Part shown: piece after piece, positions 46,430-55,740 of the stretch | Numbering within the stretch: the stretch's first letter is position 1 | Layout: each line of letters starts with the position of its first letter | Source of the DNA: an uncultured Planctomycetaceae bacterium | GTDB lineage: Bacteria > Planctomycetota > Planctomycetia > Pirellulales > PALSA-1355 | Assembly (NCBI GenBank): GCA_963785305.1 | Contig: CAWAUV010000008.1 | Span: 1,408,001 to 1,472,000, forward strand | Length of the DNA stretch: 64,000 nt | Direction: 5' to 3' | Position numbers and translations under genes: made by a program | The notes under the pieces: generated by a model | What the model was told of the DNA's origin: nothing | Database searches by the model: none | What the model saw: the letters and a program-made list of their open reading frames with translations, nothing else

Positions 46430-46526
46430 GGAACGGTCTAAAAACAACTTCCTGATTTGTTCGCCCCTCGCCTACCCTCTCCCGAAGCGAGAGGGGCTCA
46501 TCGAGCAGTTATTCTTAGTCCGTTCC
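46430..46526. mobile_element. MITE-like palindromic element: 20-bp imperfect terminal inverted repeats around a boxC-like core
   Basis: GGAACGGTCTAAAAACAACT (46430-46449) vs AGTTATTCTTAGTCCGTTCC (46507-46526), 17/20; core CCCTCGCCTACCCTCTCCCGAAGCGAGAGGGG. Confidence 0.7.
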
Positions 46527-46546
46527 CCACTCCAAGCGATTCACTC

Positions 46547-48010
46547 GTGGAACCACAAGCGAAAATCAACCGCGACGAGCGACGATGGATTTGGGGGTCT
46601 TATGCCGCGGCCCTCGCGCTGCTGATCGTGTTTTGGGAGCCGATCGTGCTTGGCCGGCTCGCCGCCGACTTTTATCACAACTACGACCTGGGCATCTACA
46701 GTCAAGCGATCTACAAGATTTCGTGGAGCGATCCGAACCCCTGGCTCTCGCTGCGTCACTGCCATATCTTCAACGACCATTTCGATCCGATTCTGTGCGT
46801 CGCCGCGCCCCTGGCCAAGCTCGTCGAACCGGCGCTGGCCGGCATCGCGGTGGAGCTCTTGTTCGTGGCGAGCGCGCCGCTGGCCGTGGTTTGGCTTTGG
46901 AAACGCGAGCGCGTGGCGGCCCAGTGGGCCGCGGTGGCGATCGTGTATTTGCTGCACAACCGCGCGACGATCGCCGCGATCGACTATCCCTTCCATCCCA
47001 CGACCTGGGCCATGGCCCCGTTTGCCTGGCTCGTGGCGGGTATTCTCGCCGACAAACGCGGCGTGGTGCTGGCGGCGCTCGTGGCGCTCATGAGTTGCAA
47101 GGAAGAGTTTCCGCTCGTCGGTTTCATGGCCGCGATGCTCTATGCCGGGAGGAGGGAATTTCGCTTTGCCTCGCTCTTGGCCGGCTGCGCCGCGCTGTGG
47201 CTCGCCGGAGTGGTCTGGCTGCGGCCGTGGCTCCTGGGACCGGTGGTCGATCATGCCGCGCATCGGCTGCATGAAACCGGCGATTTCGGCGAACAACTTG
47301 CCATCGCCTGGAGCCATTTCCGCTTTCGATTCCTCGCTCAGATTCTGGCGCCGCTCGCGCCGCTCGCGCTGTGGGCAGCGTGGCCTTCGCGCTCGCTCGT
47401 GGCGCGGGGAGCGCTTTGCGCGGCGATTGCCCAGGCCCGGGCCACGCCGAGCGCGTGGCTGCTGCTCGTGCCTTTACTCGCGATCCGCTATGTGGGCCAT
47501 GCTTGGAAGTTTCACTATCTCGCGCCGCTGGGGCCGGCGACGGTGCTTGGCCTCGCCCCGCGCGACAATCAGGCGCGGCCGCCGCGCTCGGTGTTCGCCG
47601 GCGTGTGCTTGCTGCTCCTGGCGGTCAACGCGCCCTATTGGTGGATGCAAGTGAAATACGATCCAGACGATTCACGTCCCTGGCGAGCGGATCGCATGGC
47701 GTCGATCGCCAAGGGCCGCGCCTTTCTGTTGACCGCGCCGCCCGGGCCGGCCTTGGTCGAGGGCAATCTCGCCCCGCGGCTTGTCACTCGGCCCGAGCTT
47801 TATCAAGTGGCCGGGCCCCATGACCGGCTCAAGGGCGAGTTTCGCTATGTGTTCGTCGAGAAGCCGCCGCGGGGTGGTCCGTGGCCAGCGACCGAAGACG
47901 ATTGCCGGCGCTTGATCGCCCAGTGGCGCGCGACGCCGGGCGCTCGGATCGTGCTCGACGATAAGCACGTGTTCCTGGCCGAGGGCAGTTTCCGCGATTT
48001 GCCGCCGTGA
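46547..48010 (+). CDS. DUF2079 family membrane protein (GT-C glycosyltransferase-like)
   Basis: YDLGIYSQA, DHFDPIL, FHP, CKEE, FHY motifs with multiple TMs. Confidence 0.8.
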   Translation: MEPQAKINRDERRWIWGSYAAALALLIVFWEPIVLGRLAADFYHNYDLGIYSQAIYKISWSDPNPWLSLRHCHIFNDHFDPILCVAAPLAKLVEPALAGIAVELLFVASAPLAVVWLWKRERVAAQWAAVAIVYLLHNRATIAAIDYPFHPTTWAMAPFAWLVAGILADKRGVVLAALVALMSCKEEFPLVGFMAAMLYAGRREFRFASLLAGCAALWLAGVVWLRPWLLGPVVDHAAHRLHETGDFGEQLAIAWSHFRFRFLAQILAPLAPLALWAAWPSRSLVARGALCAAIAQARATPSAWLLLVPLLAIRYVGHAWKFHYLAPLGPATVLGLAPRDNQARPPRSVFAGVCLLLLAVNAPYWWMQVKYDPDDSRPWRADRMASIAKGRAFLLTAPPGPALVEGNLAPRLVTRPELYQVAGPHDRLKGEFRYVFVEKPPRGGPWPATEDDCRRLIAQWRATPGARIVLDDKHVFLAEGSFRDLPP

Positions 48011-48031
48011 GTCTCGCATGCCGCGAGCCCG

Positions 48032-48588
48032 CTAATCCATCACCAGCGCCACGATCGCCAGCACGAGCATTGCCGACCCGACCATGATCTTGGCCAGCGT
48101 GCCGAAGACGCGGCCGAGAAAGGCGCCGACGCCGACTCGCCAGCTATCATCGAGCGCTCTCCCTTTCCAGGCTTCGCCGAGCATCGCGCCGATCATCGCT
48201 CCGAGGCCAGCGAAGAGCACGGCGGCCACGAGCGAGCCAATGATCGGAATCGGCAGTCCGACCCCCACGCCGACCAATCCGCCGATCACGGAGCCGACCA
48301 ACGCGAGCACCGCTCCGCGACGACTCCCGCCGACGCGCTTCACTCCGGCCGCCGCCGCCGCGACTTCCACGATCTCGCCCAGCGAGGCCAGGGCGACAAG
48401 GGTCAACACCACCGGCCACCCGATCGCCAGCGGCGCGTCGCCGCCGCGCAGGCCGGCATAGACGCCGTGGCGCCCACCATGACCCAATTGCCGGGCAGAC
48501 CGATCATGGTCATGACCCAGCCGGCGATGAGCGCCAGCAACAGCGCGGCGACCCAAAGTCCGACAATCAACATCGACCCAAACGTCAT
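48032..48588 (-). CDS. DUF456 family membrane protein; indel at ~48463
   Basis: GLPGNW, KRVGGSRRG, PIPIIGSL, GAMLGE, GRVFGTLAK. Confidence 0.85.
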
Positions 48589-48753
48589 GAAGCGTCTCGC
48601 CGGTTGCGAAGCCCCTTGGAGCAATCGAGCCCTCGGCGCTTAGCTCCATTGCAGCGCGAGGCCCGCGCCGCATTCTAGCAGGCCGCGCCCCGGGTTCGCG
48701 CTTCGCGCCCGGAGGATTTTCGCGATGACCATTCGCCGGGTGACGCCAAAATG

Positions 48754-50139
48754 TCAGAACTGCCTGACGCTCGTCTTGCCGTTGTCCGTGGAACGAGCCG
48801 CTTCTTCGCCTTCGGCATTATCCGCATCGCGCCAAGCGGCCACGGCTTCGGGCGCATCCAGCGGCTTGAAGACCCGGCGATCGTAGATTCGCAGGGAGTG
48901 CAGGCCGTGTCCGAGCGGTCCGATTTCCCAGTTGTGGTCGCGGCCCACGATCAGGATGCTGGCGAGATAGTCGATCGCCTTGATCATGCGCGGGTTCGTC
49001 AGATCTTCGTCGCTGAGCGAATAGCTGAGCCACTCGGCGATGTGGCCCGAGGTCTTGAGACGGCGATCGATGTCGGGATTCGCTCCGCGGCGCACGAACC
49101 ATTCGGTGCTGAAGCTGCCGTCGTTGTTTTGGAGCGTGAATGTATAACGATGGAAGTCGCGGATGAAAGTCTGGGCGCGGCGGAATTCGCCGTTGATCGG
49201 TTGACCGTGTTGGCCGCGTTTGTTCACCGCGTAGCTGAGGCCCATGAGGCGATGGGTGCCGCCGCAGGCCGACCCTCGCACCGGCTGAGCCAGCTCTTCA
49301 TGCACCAGTCGGGCGATACTCCAGGTTTGGCCATCGCGATTCTGCCAAGTGGATTCGGGATCCAAATAGTGCGAGAGCCCGATCAGCTTGAAGGTCAGCT
49401 CCTCGCCGGCTTGGCAAGCCATTTTTTCATGTTCGACCAAGTTCTGCACCGTGAAGTGGTGGCCGCTCACGCTGAGCGGATAGTCGCGCTTCACATGGCA
49501 CTGGGCGATGATCGCCAGGAACTGTCCATAGTGGCCTTGGAATCCGGGTCCTTGACGGGCCACGATGTCGCCGTTGTTGACATAAAAAAGTTGTTCGCCG
49601 CGGCAAGAGCCATTGAAGCACATCCAGCCGATGGCGTTGACTTCGTCGCCCGAGGCCGCGCCGCGAAACATCTTTGCGTCAACGCCATAGGCAATGATGC
49701 CGTGCATCACTTCCCAGGGGCTGTTGTCGCGAGTGTTGAGATGCTTGGGATAATAAATAGCCAGCGCCCGGCGCACTTTGTTGCGCAGCGCGACGAGTTC
49801 CGGTTTGAGCTCCGGCTGACTCAAATCGCTCGAGCTTCTCGGCGCGTCGTGCGTGGGGTCGACCGTGGGGCCTTCGGCCGCGGCGGCCTCGCGCTCGGGC
49901 CCGGTCGGCGGGGCGGCGGGAGTTTCATCGGCCATGCCGGGCGACACCATGCGCACCGAGCCGCCGGGAATGCCTTCGTCGGGGTCGTTGTCCACTTCGA
50001 CAACCTTGACCTCCGCGGGCGTCGTGGCCTCGACCGTGTCGGAGTCGGAATCGTCGGCCCACGCCCACGAGGGCGGCGCCACGCTGATTGCTCCGATCAC
50101 GAATCCCCACGAAAGCCTTTGCAGCAGTTGCACTGACAT
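48754..50139 (-). CDS. Secreted hypothetical protein with His-rich motifs
   Basis: Signal peptide, acidic/Pro linker, then WEVMHG, QGHYGQF, CGGTH, QNNDGSF, GHIAEW, GHGLH. Confidence 0.8.
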   Translation of the reverse strand: MSVQLLQRLSWGFVIGAISVAPPSWAWADDSDSDTVEATTPAEVKVVEVDNDPDEGIPGGSVRMVSPGMADETPAAPPTGPEREAAAAEGPTVDPTHDAPRSSSDLSQPELKPELVALRNKVRRALAIYYPKHLNTRDNSPWEVMHGIIAYGVDAKMFRGAASGDEVNAIGWMCFNGSCRGEQLFYVNNGDIVARQGPGFQGHYGQFLAIIAQCHVKRDYPLSVSGHHFTVQNLVEHEKMACQAGEELTFKLIGLSHYLDPESTWQNRDGQTWSIARLVHEELAQPVRGSACGGTHRLMGLSYAVNKRGQHGQPINGEFRRAQTFIRDFHRYTFTLQNNDGSFSTEWFVRRGANPDIDRRLKTSGHIAEWLSYSLSDEDLTNPRMIKAIDYLASILIVGRDHNWEIGPLGHGLHSLRIYDRRVFKPLDAPEAVAAWRDADNAEGEEAARSTDNGKTSVRQF

Positions 50140-50733
50140 CACTTCTCCCCAGCCCGCGGGCAAACAGGACGCTCGCATCGACACAAATACAATTCGAATC
50201 TGGAATTCGCGAAGAAGATGCTTCATGCGGACGACGCCTCGAATAGGGGACGCGCAAGGCGCCCAGGCGTTCCGATGAGTTGTCATATCGGAATTTTTCC
50301 GTGGTGTCGTCCAGCGTTAGCGGCCGCGCGCGACCGCCAAAATATTTCCACGGGCAAGCCGCGTTTACGCAGAATACCCACTCGACGCGGGCTGGCCGCC
50401 GCCGCGGAGTAACCACGCATGACGTTGCGTCGCCTTTTCTCCAAAGCCCGCTAACTATCGGACTCGCGCCGCGGAGAGATCGCGGACATATCGCCGCGCG
50501 GACGACCTTCTCGCGCCGGCGCCATCTCGGCGCTTCTGAAAATCGGGGCCGCATGATCGTCGCAATGCGTGGAGTCTTCCAAAAAAACGAGCTTCGAGAC
50601 CCTCGGTCCACGATTCACGAGCCTCGGCCCGCTGCCTTTGCGCTAAGGAAAAGACTAAAGTAAATGAATCCCGCCGGCGGGACGGGCCACCGTCGGGATC
50701 GAGCGATTGTTTCGACGCGCGAAGGTTTGCGGC

Positions 50734-52132
50734 ATGCCACTCCATCCACGACGCGCCATCGCCCCGCCCGCCGCGCTGGCGACACTCGTTTTTGTTCTCG
50801 GGCACGCTTGCGCCGCGATCGCGGGTGAAGAGAGCGGGCCGTCGAATCCGGGGGTCGAAGCGCTGGGCCGCTTGTGGCGAACGGGCGCGATCGCATCATG
50901 GGCCGAAGCAGCCACGTCGGCCGGCGCCAAGGCGCCACACGATTTGGATATTGCTTGCTGGCGGGTCGAGGCGCTCTTGCGCTCGGCGAGAATTCAGCGG
51001 CCGAACAAGCAGCGATCGATGCCCTTGGCGCGGCGCAAGCATCGCCCGATGCAAGCGAACGCGCCGTCAACTCCGGCCAGCGGCTGTTGAAACTTTGGTC
51101 CGTGGCGCGACTTCGGCGCGGGTCGACCTCGAAGCTCCCGGCCTCGAAGCCCGGTGGCCGCGAGCCGAGGGTAGCGAGCCGCTCGCCGCACTCACCTACT
51201 GGCGCCAAGCACTGCAAGGCGCGGCGGCATATCGCATTGCGCGTTTCGGCGCGACCAGCGAGCTGCCGCTCGAACTGCTCGCGTCTCCCGCGGCGCCAAG
51301 CGGCCCATCGCCAAGCGGCGCTTATGCGTTTTCCATTTCCATCAACGGCGCTCCTTCGCGCCCCGCCCTTGTCGACACCGGCACAGCACACGCTGCTCAC
51401 TTCGGCCGCGGCCAAGACCGCCGGCATCGAGCTGGGACCGCGACCGAGTGTCATGGCCGGGTTTGCCTCGTTCTTGGCGCGGCCGGCGATCGTGCGTCGA
51501 CTTAACATCGGTGAGATCGAGCTTCGCGATGTGCCGGTGCTCGTGGCCGACGCGCCGCAGTTGCTCGCAACCGGCGCCAAGCGTCGCTCGGCATCGATTT
51601 GCTCGACCACTTGCGATTGCAGCTCGACTATCCGGCGCGGCGGCTCACGGTGGCCGACGCGACGGCCTCGAATGTTCCGCCGCTCGACTCGCCGCCGCCC
51701 GCAAGCGCCGCCGTGTGGGAGATTCCGCTCTGGACGTTCTCTTTCGCGGCCCTGGCCGAGGCCACGTTTGCCGATGGCGCCAGCGCTCGCACTCTCATCG
51801 ACACCGGCAATCGCTCGGGAGCATTTGTATCGGCCGCTTGGGCTCGGGAACATCGCGGGCATTCGGCTCGCATGGCGCCGGCGGGAATGCTGGGCAGTGG
51901 CCCTTGGGGCGTCGATCGCTTGGATTGCAATCGCCTGATGCTCGACCACTGGCGACTCGGCGCCCGCGAACTTGGGCCGTGGCCGATTCATGGTCCGCTT
52001 CCGGCGGCGCTCGAGCGGCTTGGCGTGGTCGATTTGCTGATCGGGCAGGACCTGCTCGCGGGGCGCCGAGTCGAGATCGATCTCGCCCATCGGCGATTGC
52101 GACTCTCGCGGACCGCCGCCAGCGGCAAGTAG
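50734..52132 (+). CDS. Secreted tandem retropepsin-like aspartyl protease; at least 4 indels
   Basis: ALVDTG (ORF 50792), LNIGEIELRDVPV (ORF 50874), LGIDLL..LDYPARRL and LIDTGN..LIGQDLL (ORF 51599). Confidence 0.75.
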
Positions 52133-52254
52133 TCCGTCGCGGCGTCGCGATTTGCGCGGCGGGGGCCGCGTCCCGCGTGGCGGGGAAATTTCTCGTCGGT
52201 TTTGGGGCGAGGCTCGCGCTTGCCCGGCGTCGTCCGACGCGATACCGTAAAGTC

Positions 52255-55212
52255 ATGCAACGCAAATTGTTTATCGCTCGCTCGCGCCGCCTCGACCGCT
52301 GGGCGGGTCTGCTGATGGGTTTCGCGCTTTTGGCGGGCTTTTCCACTCGCGCCGCCTGGGCCGAGCCGCCTAGCTTAGAAACAGCTCGAAAGCTTTTTCT
52401 CACCGGCAAATACGAAGAAGCGCTCGAAAGCTACGAGGCGATCGCCGCGGCCCGAGAACCGGAGCAGGAACCCGGCGCCGTGGGCGGCAAGCCGGCCGCG
52501 GAGCCCGCGAAGGAGAATGCCAAGCCAAACCCGGCGGCCGAAGCCCAGCTTGGCATCGCGCGGTGTCAACTCGCAACCGGCCACTACGAAGACGCCGCCA
52601 CGTCGCTCGCGACGGCCCAGAAGGCGTTTCCCAACGACGCGCGGTTTGTCGCCGAATCGGCTTGGCTTGCACACGATGAAGGCGCCGCCGATCGCGCCGG
52701 CGAGCTCGTGACGCAAGCGCTCAAGCTCGACGCCGCGCAGCCGCTTGCCCACTATGTGCAAGCTTTGCTCGACACGGAAGCCGGCCGGCTCGACGCCGCC
52801 GACAAGGGCTATCACTGGTTCGTCGACTTCTACAATCATCGCGATATCAAAGATCCCGACGTGCTCCGGCTGGTCGGATTGGCTTCGGCCCAATATGCGC
52901 GCTGGCATCGCCTGCAAGACCAGTTCGGTTTTCTGGTCAACGAGTTTTGGGCCGACACCCTGGCCGCGAATCCCGACTATTGGCCGGCGCATTATGAAGC
53001 CGGTCGGCTTTATATGGAGAAGTTCAACGAAGCCGACGCCGAGCGCGAGCTCAAGGCGGCGGTGTCGGCCAATCCCTCGTCGGCCGAGGCCCATGCCGCG
53101 GTCGCGGAGCTCGCGGTGGCGAACTTCGAACTCGACGCCGCCCAAGCGGCAATCGACCAGGCGCTCGAGATCAACCCGCGCCTGCTGGCCGCGCATTGGG
53201 CGCTGGCCGATGTGCATTTTTCCAATGTCGAGCCGCGGAAGGCGATTCCGGTGTTGGAAGCCGCCTTGAAATGGAACCCCACGAGCGCGGGCACGCTCGG
53301 CCGGTTGGCCACGGCCTATGCCGCGGTCGATGGGACCGCGCTCGACGGAACCGCGCAAGAAAAGGCCGCCGCAAGCCGCGCCGGCAAAGTAATCGACGCG
53401 GCGATGGCAAGGAATCCTCATCCCGGCGAATTTTGGGCCACCGTGGGCGATGCCTTCGATCGGCTCCGCCGCTATCCGCCCGCCGCCATCGCCTACCGCA
53501 AGGCGATCGATTGCATGCCGCAATTGCTCGCGCCGCGCGGCGCTTGGGGCATGGTGCTGATGCGGCTCGGCGAGGAGACCGAGGCCCGCAAGGTGCTCGA
53601 CGCCGCCTTCGAGGCCGATCCCTTCAATGTGCGCGTGAGCAACACACTCAAGGTGCTGGAAGTGCTCGATGGCTACGAAACGTTGGAAACCGCGCATTTT
53701 CGGGTGCGATTCGATCCGAAGCATGACAAGCTGCTCGCTCAATACGCGGCCGGCTGGCTCGAGGAAGTGTATCCCCTGCTATGCAAACAAATGGGTTACG
53801 CGCCGGCCGACAAATCGCTGTTCGAAATCTTCAATAAAGCAAAGCACACCGATGGCCACGGCTGGTTCAGCGCTCGCATGGTGGGGCTGCCGCACATTCA
53901 CACGATCGGCGCCTGCGCCGGCAAGATGGTGGCGATGCAATCGCCCATCGGCGGGCAGCCGTTTAATTGGGGTCGCGTGCTCAAGCACGAATTCATCCAT
54001 GTGTTGAACTTGCAGCAAACCCATTTCAACGTTCCCCATTGGTACACCGAAGCGCTCGCCACGCTCAATGAAGGCTATCCGCGCCCGCAAAGCTGGAACG
54101 ACCTGCTCATCGAGCGGCTCAAGAACGACAAACTCTTCGATCTCGACTCGATCAACCTCGGCTTCATTCGCGCGCATTCGGGCGACGAATGGAATCTCGC
54201 CTATTGCCAAGCCGAGCTCTATGCCGAATACATGCTCGCCCGCTTCGGCGACGACGCGCTGGCCAAGATGCTGGCCGCCTATGCCGAGAATCTCACCACG
54301 CGCGAAGCCATTCGCCACGCTTTCCAGATCGATCAGGCCGAATTCGAGCGCGGCTACAAGGACTATGTGGCGAAGCTCGTGGCGGGACTTGCCGCGAACG
54401 GGCCACCGCGCGAGAAATCGCTTTCCGAACTGCAAGCCGCGCTCAAGGCCGACCCGAGGAATCCGGGCCTTTTGGCCCAGATGGCCCTGGCGCAGTTTCG
54501 CCGCAAGCAATATCCCGAAGCGCGGCGGCTGGTCGACGCGGCCCGCAAAGGCGATCCGCGCGAACCGTTGGCCGCCTATGTTCGCGCCCGGCTGCATCTG
54601 CTCGTGGGAGAAAACAGCGAGGGGCTCAAGATGCTACAAGACGCGCTCGACGAGCAACACCCGCAGCCGCAATTGCTCGCGCTCCTGGCAGGCCTGAAAC
54701 TCAAGAGCGAGGACTATGCCGGCGCGGCCCGGCTCTATGAACTGGGCGCTCGCGACGAACCCGACAATATTCAGTGGACGAAATCGTTGGCCGCGCTGTA
54801 TTTGAAGAGCGATCAGCCGAAGAAACTGGCGCCGCTCTTGGCCAAGTTGGCCGAGAACGACGCCGAAGACTTCACCGTTCGCAAGAAATTGGCCGACATC
54901 GCGCTCCACGACGAAGACTATGCCGGCGTCGAACGCTGGACCGTTTCGGGCCTGCATATCGATGTGCTCGATCCCGACCTGCACGCTTGGCGAGCGCAAG
55001 CGGCCCTGAAGCGCGACGACCCGGCGCTGGCCGCCGACGAGCTCGCCGCCGGCCTCGAAATCGATCCCGAGAACAACGCCTTGCGATTTTCTCTGGCCGA
55101 TGCCGAGCGCGCCGCCGGTAAGCCCGCGCAAGCTCGCGCGACACTCGCGGAACTTTTACGTCGCGATCCAAAATATCCCGGCGCGGAAGCATTGCTCAAG
55201 AGTTTGCCATGA
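52255..55212 (+). CDS. Secreted TPR-repeat protein with peptidase MA-like (HExxH) domain
   Basis: Signal peptide, many TPR-like helices, FNWGRVLKHEFIHV..VPHWYTEALA. Confidence 0.88.
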   Translation: MQRKLFIARSRRLDRWAGLLMGFALLAGFSTRAAWAEPPSLETARKLFLTGKYEEALESYEAIAAAREPEQEPGAVGGKPAAEPAKENAKPNPAAEAQLGIARCQLATGHYEDAATSLATAQKAFPNDARFVAESAWLAHDEGAADRAGELVTQALKLDAAQPLAHYVQALLDTEAGRLDAADKGYHWFVDFYNHRDIKDPDVLRLVGLASAQYARWHRLQDQFGFLVNEFWADTLAANPDYWPAHYEAGRLYMEKFNEADAERELKAAVSANPSSAEAHAAVAELAVANFELDAAQAAIDQALEINPRLLAAHWALADVHFSNVEPRKAIPVLEAALKWNPTSAGTLGRLATAYAAVDGTALDGTAQEKAAASRAGKVIDAAMARNPHPGEFWATVGDAFDRLRRYPPAAIAYRKAIDCMPQLLAPRGAWGMVLMRLGEETEARKVLDAAFEADPFNVRVSNTLKVLEVLDGYETLETAHFRVRFDPKHDKLLAQYAAGWLEEVYPLLCKQMGYAPADKSLFEIFNKAKHTDGHGWFSARMVGLPHIHTIGACAGKMVAMQSPIGGQPFNWGRVLKHEFIHVLNLQQTHFNVPHWYTEALATLNEGYPRPQSWNDLLIERLKNDKLFDLDSINLGFIRAHSGDEWNLAYCQAELYAEYMLARFGDDALAKMLAAYAENLTTREAIRHAFQIDQAEFERGYKDYVAKLVAGLAANGPPREKSLSELQAALKADPRNPGLLAQMALAQFRRKQYPEARRLVDAARKGDPREPLAAYVRARLHLLVGENSEGLKMLQDALDEQHPQPQLLALLAGLKLKSEDYAGAARLYELGARDEPDNIQWTKSLAALYLKSDQPKKLAPLLAKLAENDAEDFTVRKKLADIALHDEDYAGVERWTVSGLHIDVLDPDLHAWRAQAALKRDDPALAADELAAGLEIDPENNALRFSLADAERAAGKPAQARATLAELLRRDPKYPGAEALLKSLP

Positions 55213-55247
55213 AATAGGGTGTGTTCGGCAAATAGCGTGTGTTCGGC
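55212..55247 (+). repeat. 18-bp tandem direct repeat x2
   Basis: AAATAGGGTGTGTTCGGC / AAATAGCGTGTGTTCGGC (17/18). Confidence 0.8.
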
Positions 55248-55392
55248 GCGGACTTCGGCGCCGCGAATGTTCGTTACCCATCGAAAATGAATTGTCGCCG
55301 CGTGCATGGGGGGGCGGCCATCGTCCATTCCTTTCGCGGCAATCGCCTCCCGCTTGTTTTCCCGAATATCTCTCGAGGAAGGTGGCATCGAC

Positions 55393-55740
55393 TTGGATTC
55401 GCAATCAAATGCCCATGGCCCGGCCGATGTGACGCGGGCGGTGACGCTGCGTGATTTTCAATCGCTGATTCGCGCCATGTATTTCGAGAAAGACAAGGCG
55501 CGCGGCGTCGATGGCACCTTTATGTGGCTCATGGAAGAAGTGGGCGAGCTCGCCGCCGCGCTCCGCGGTGGCTCGCACGAAGAACGCCTTGGCGAATTCG
55601 CCGATGTGCTCGCCTGGCTGGCCACGATCGCCAATGTGGCCGGAGTCGATCTCTCGGAGGCGGTCGCTCTCAAATATGGCTCGGGCTGTCCCGGTTGTGG
55701 CCAGTTCGTTTGCCGCTGCGTCGACGCGGAGAAACCATGA
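55393..55740 (+). CDS. MazG-like nucleotide pyrophosphohydrolase, single domain, Cys-rich tail
   Basis: WLMEEVGELAAAL..EFADVLAWLATIAN; KYGSGCPGC..CRC. Confidence 0.88.
   Translation: MDSQSNAHGPADVTRAVTLRDFQSLIRAMYFEKDKARGVDGTFMWLMEEVGELAAALRGGSHEERLGEFADVLAWLATIANVAGVDLSEAVALKYGSGCPGCGQFVCRCVDAEKP

Noticed and set aside
50590..50627. Heptamer-like run CCCTCGG TCCACGA TTCACGA GCCTCGG
   Set aside because: Too short and degenerate to distinguish from chance
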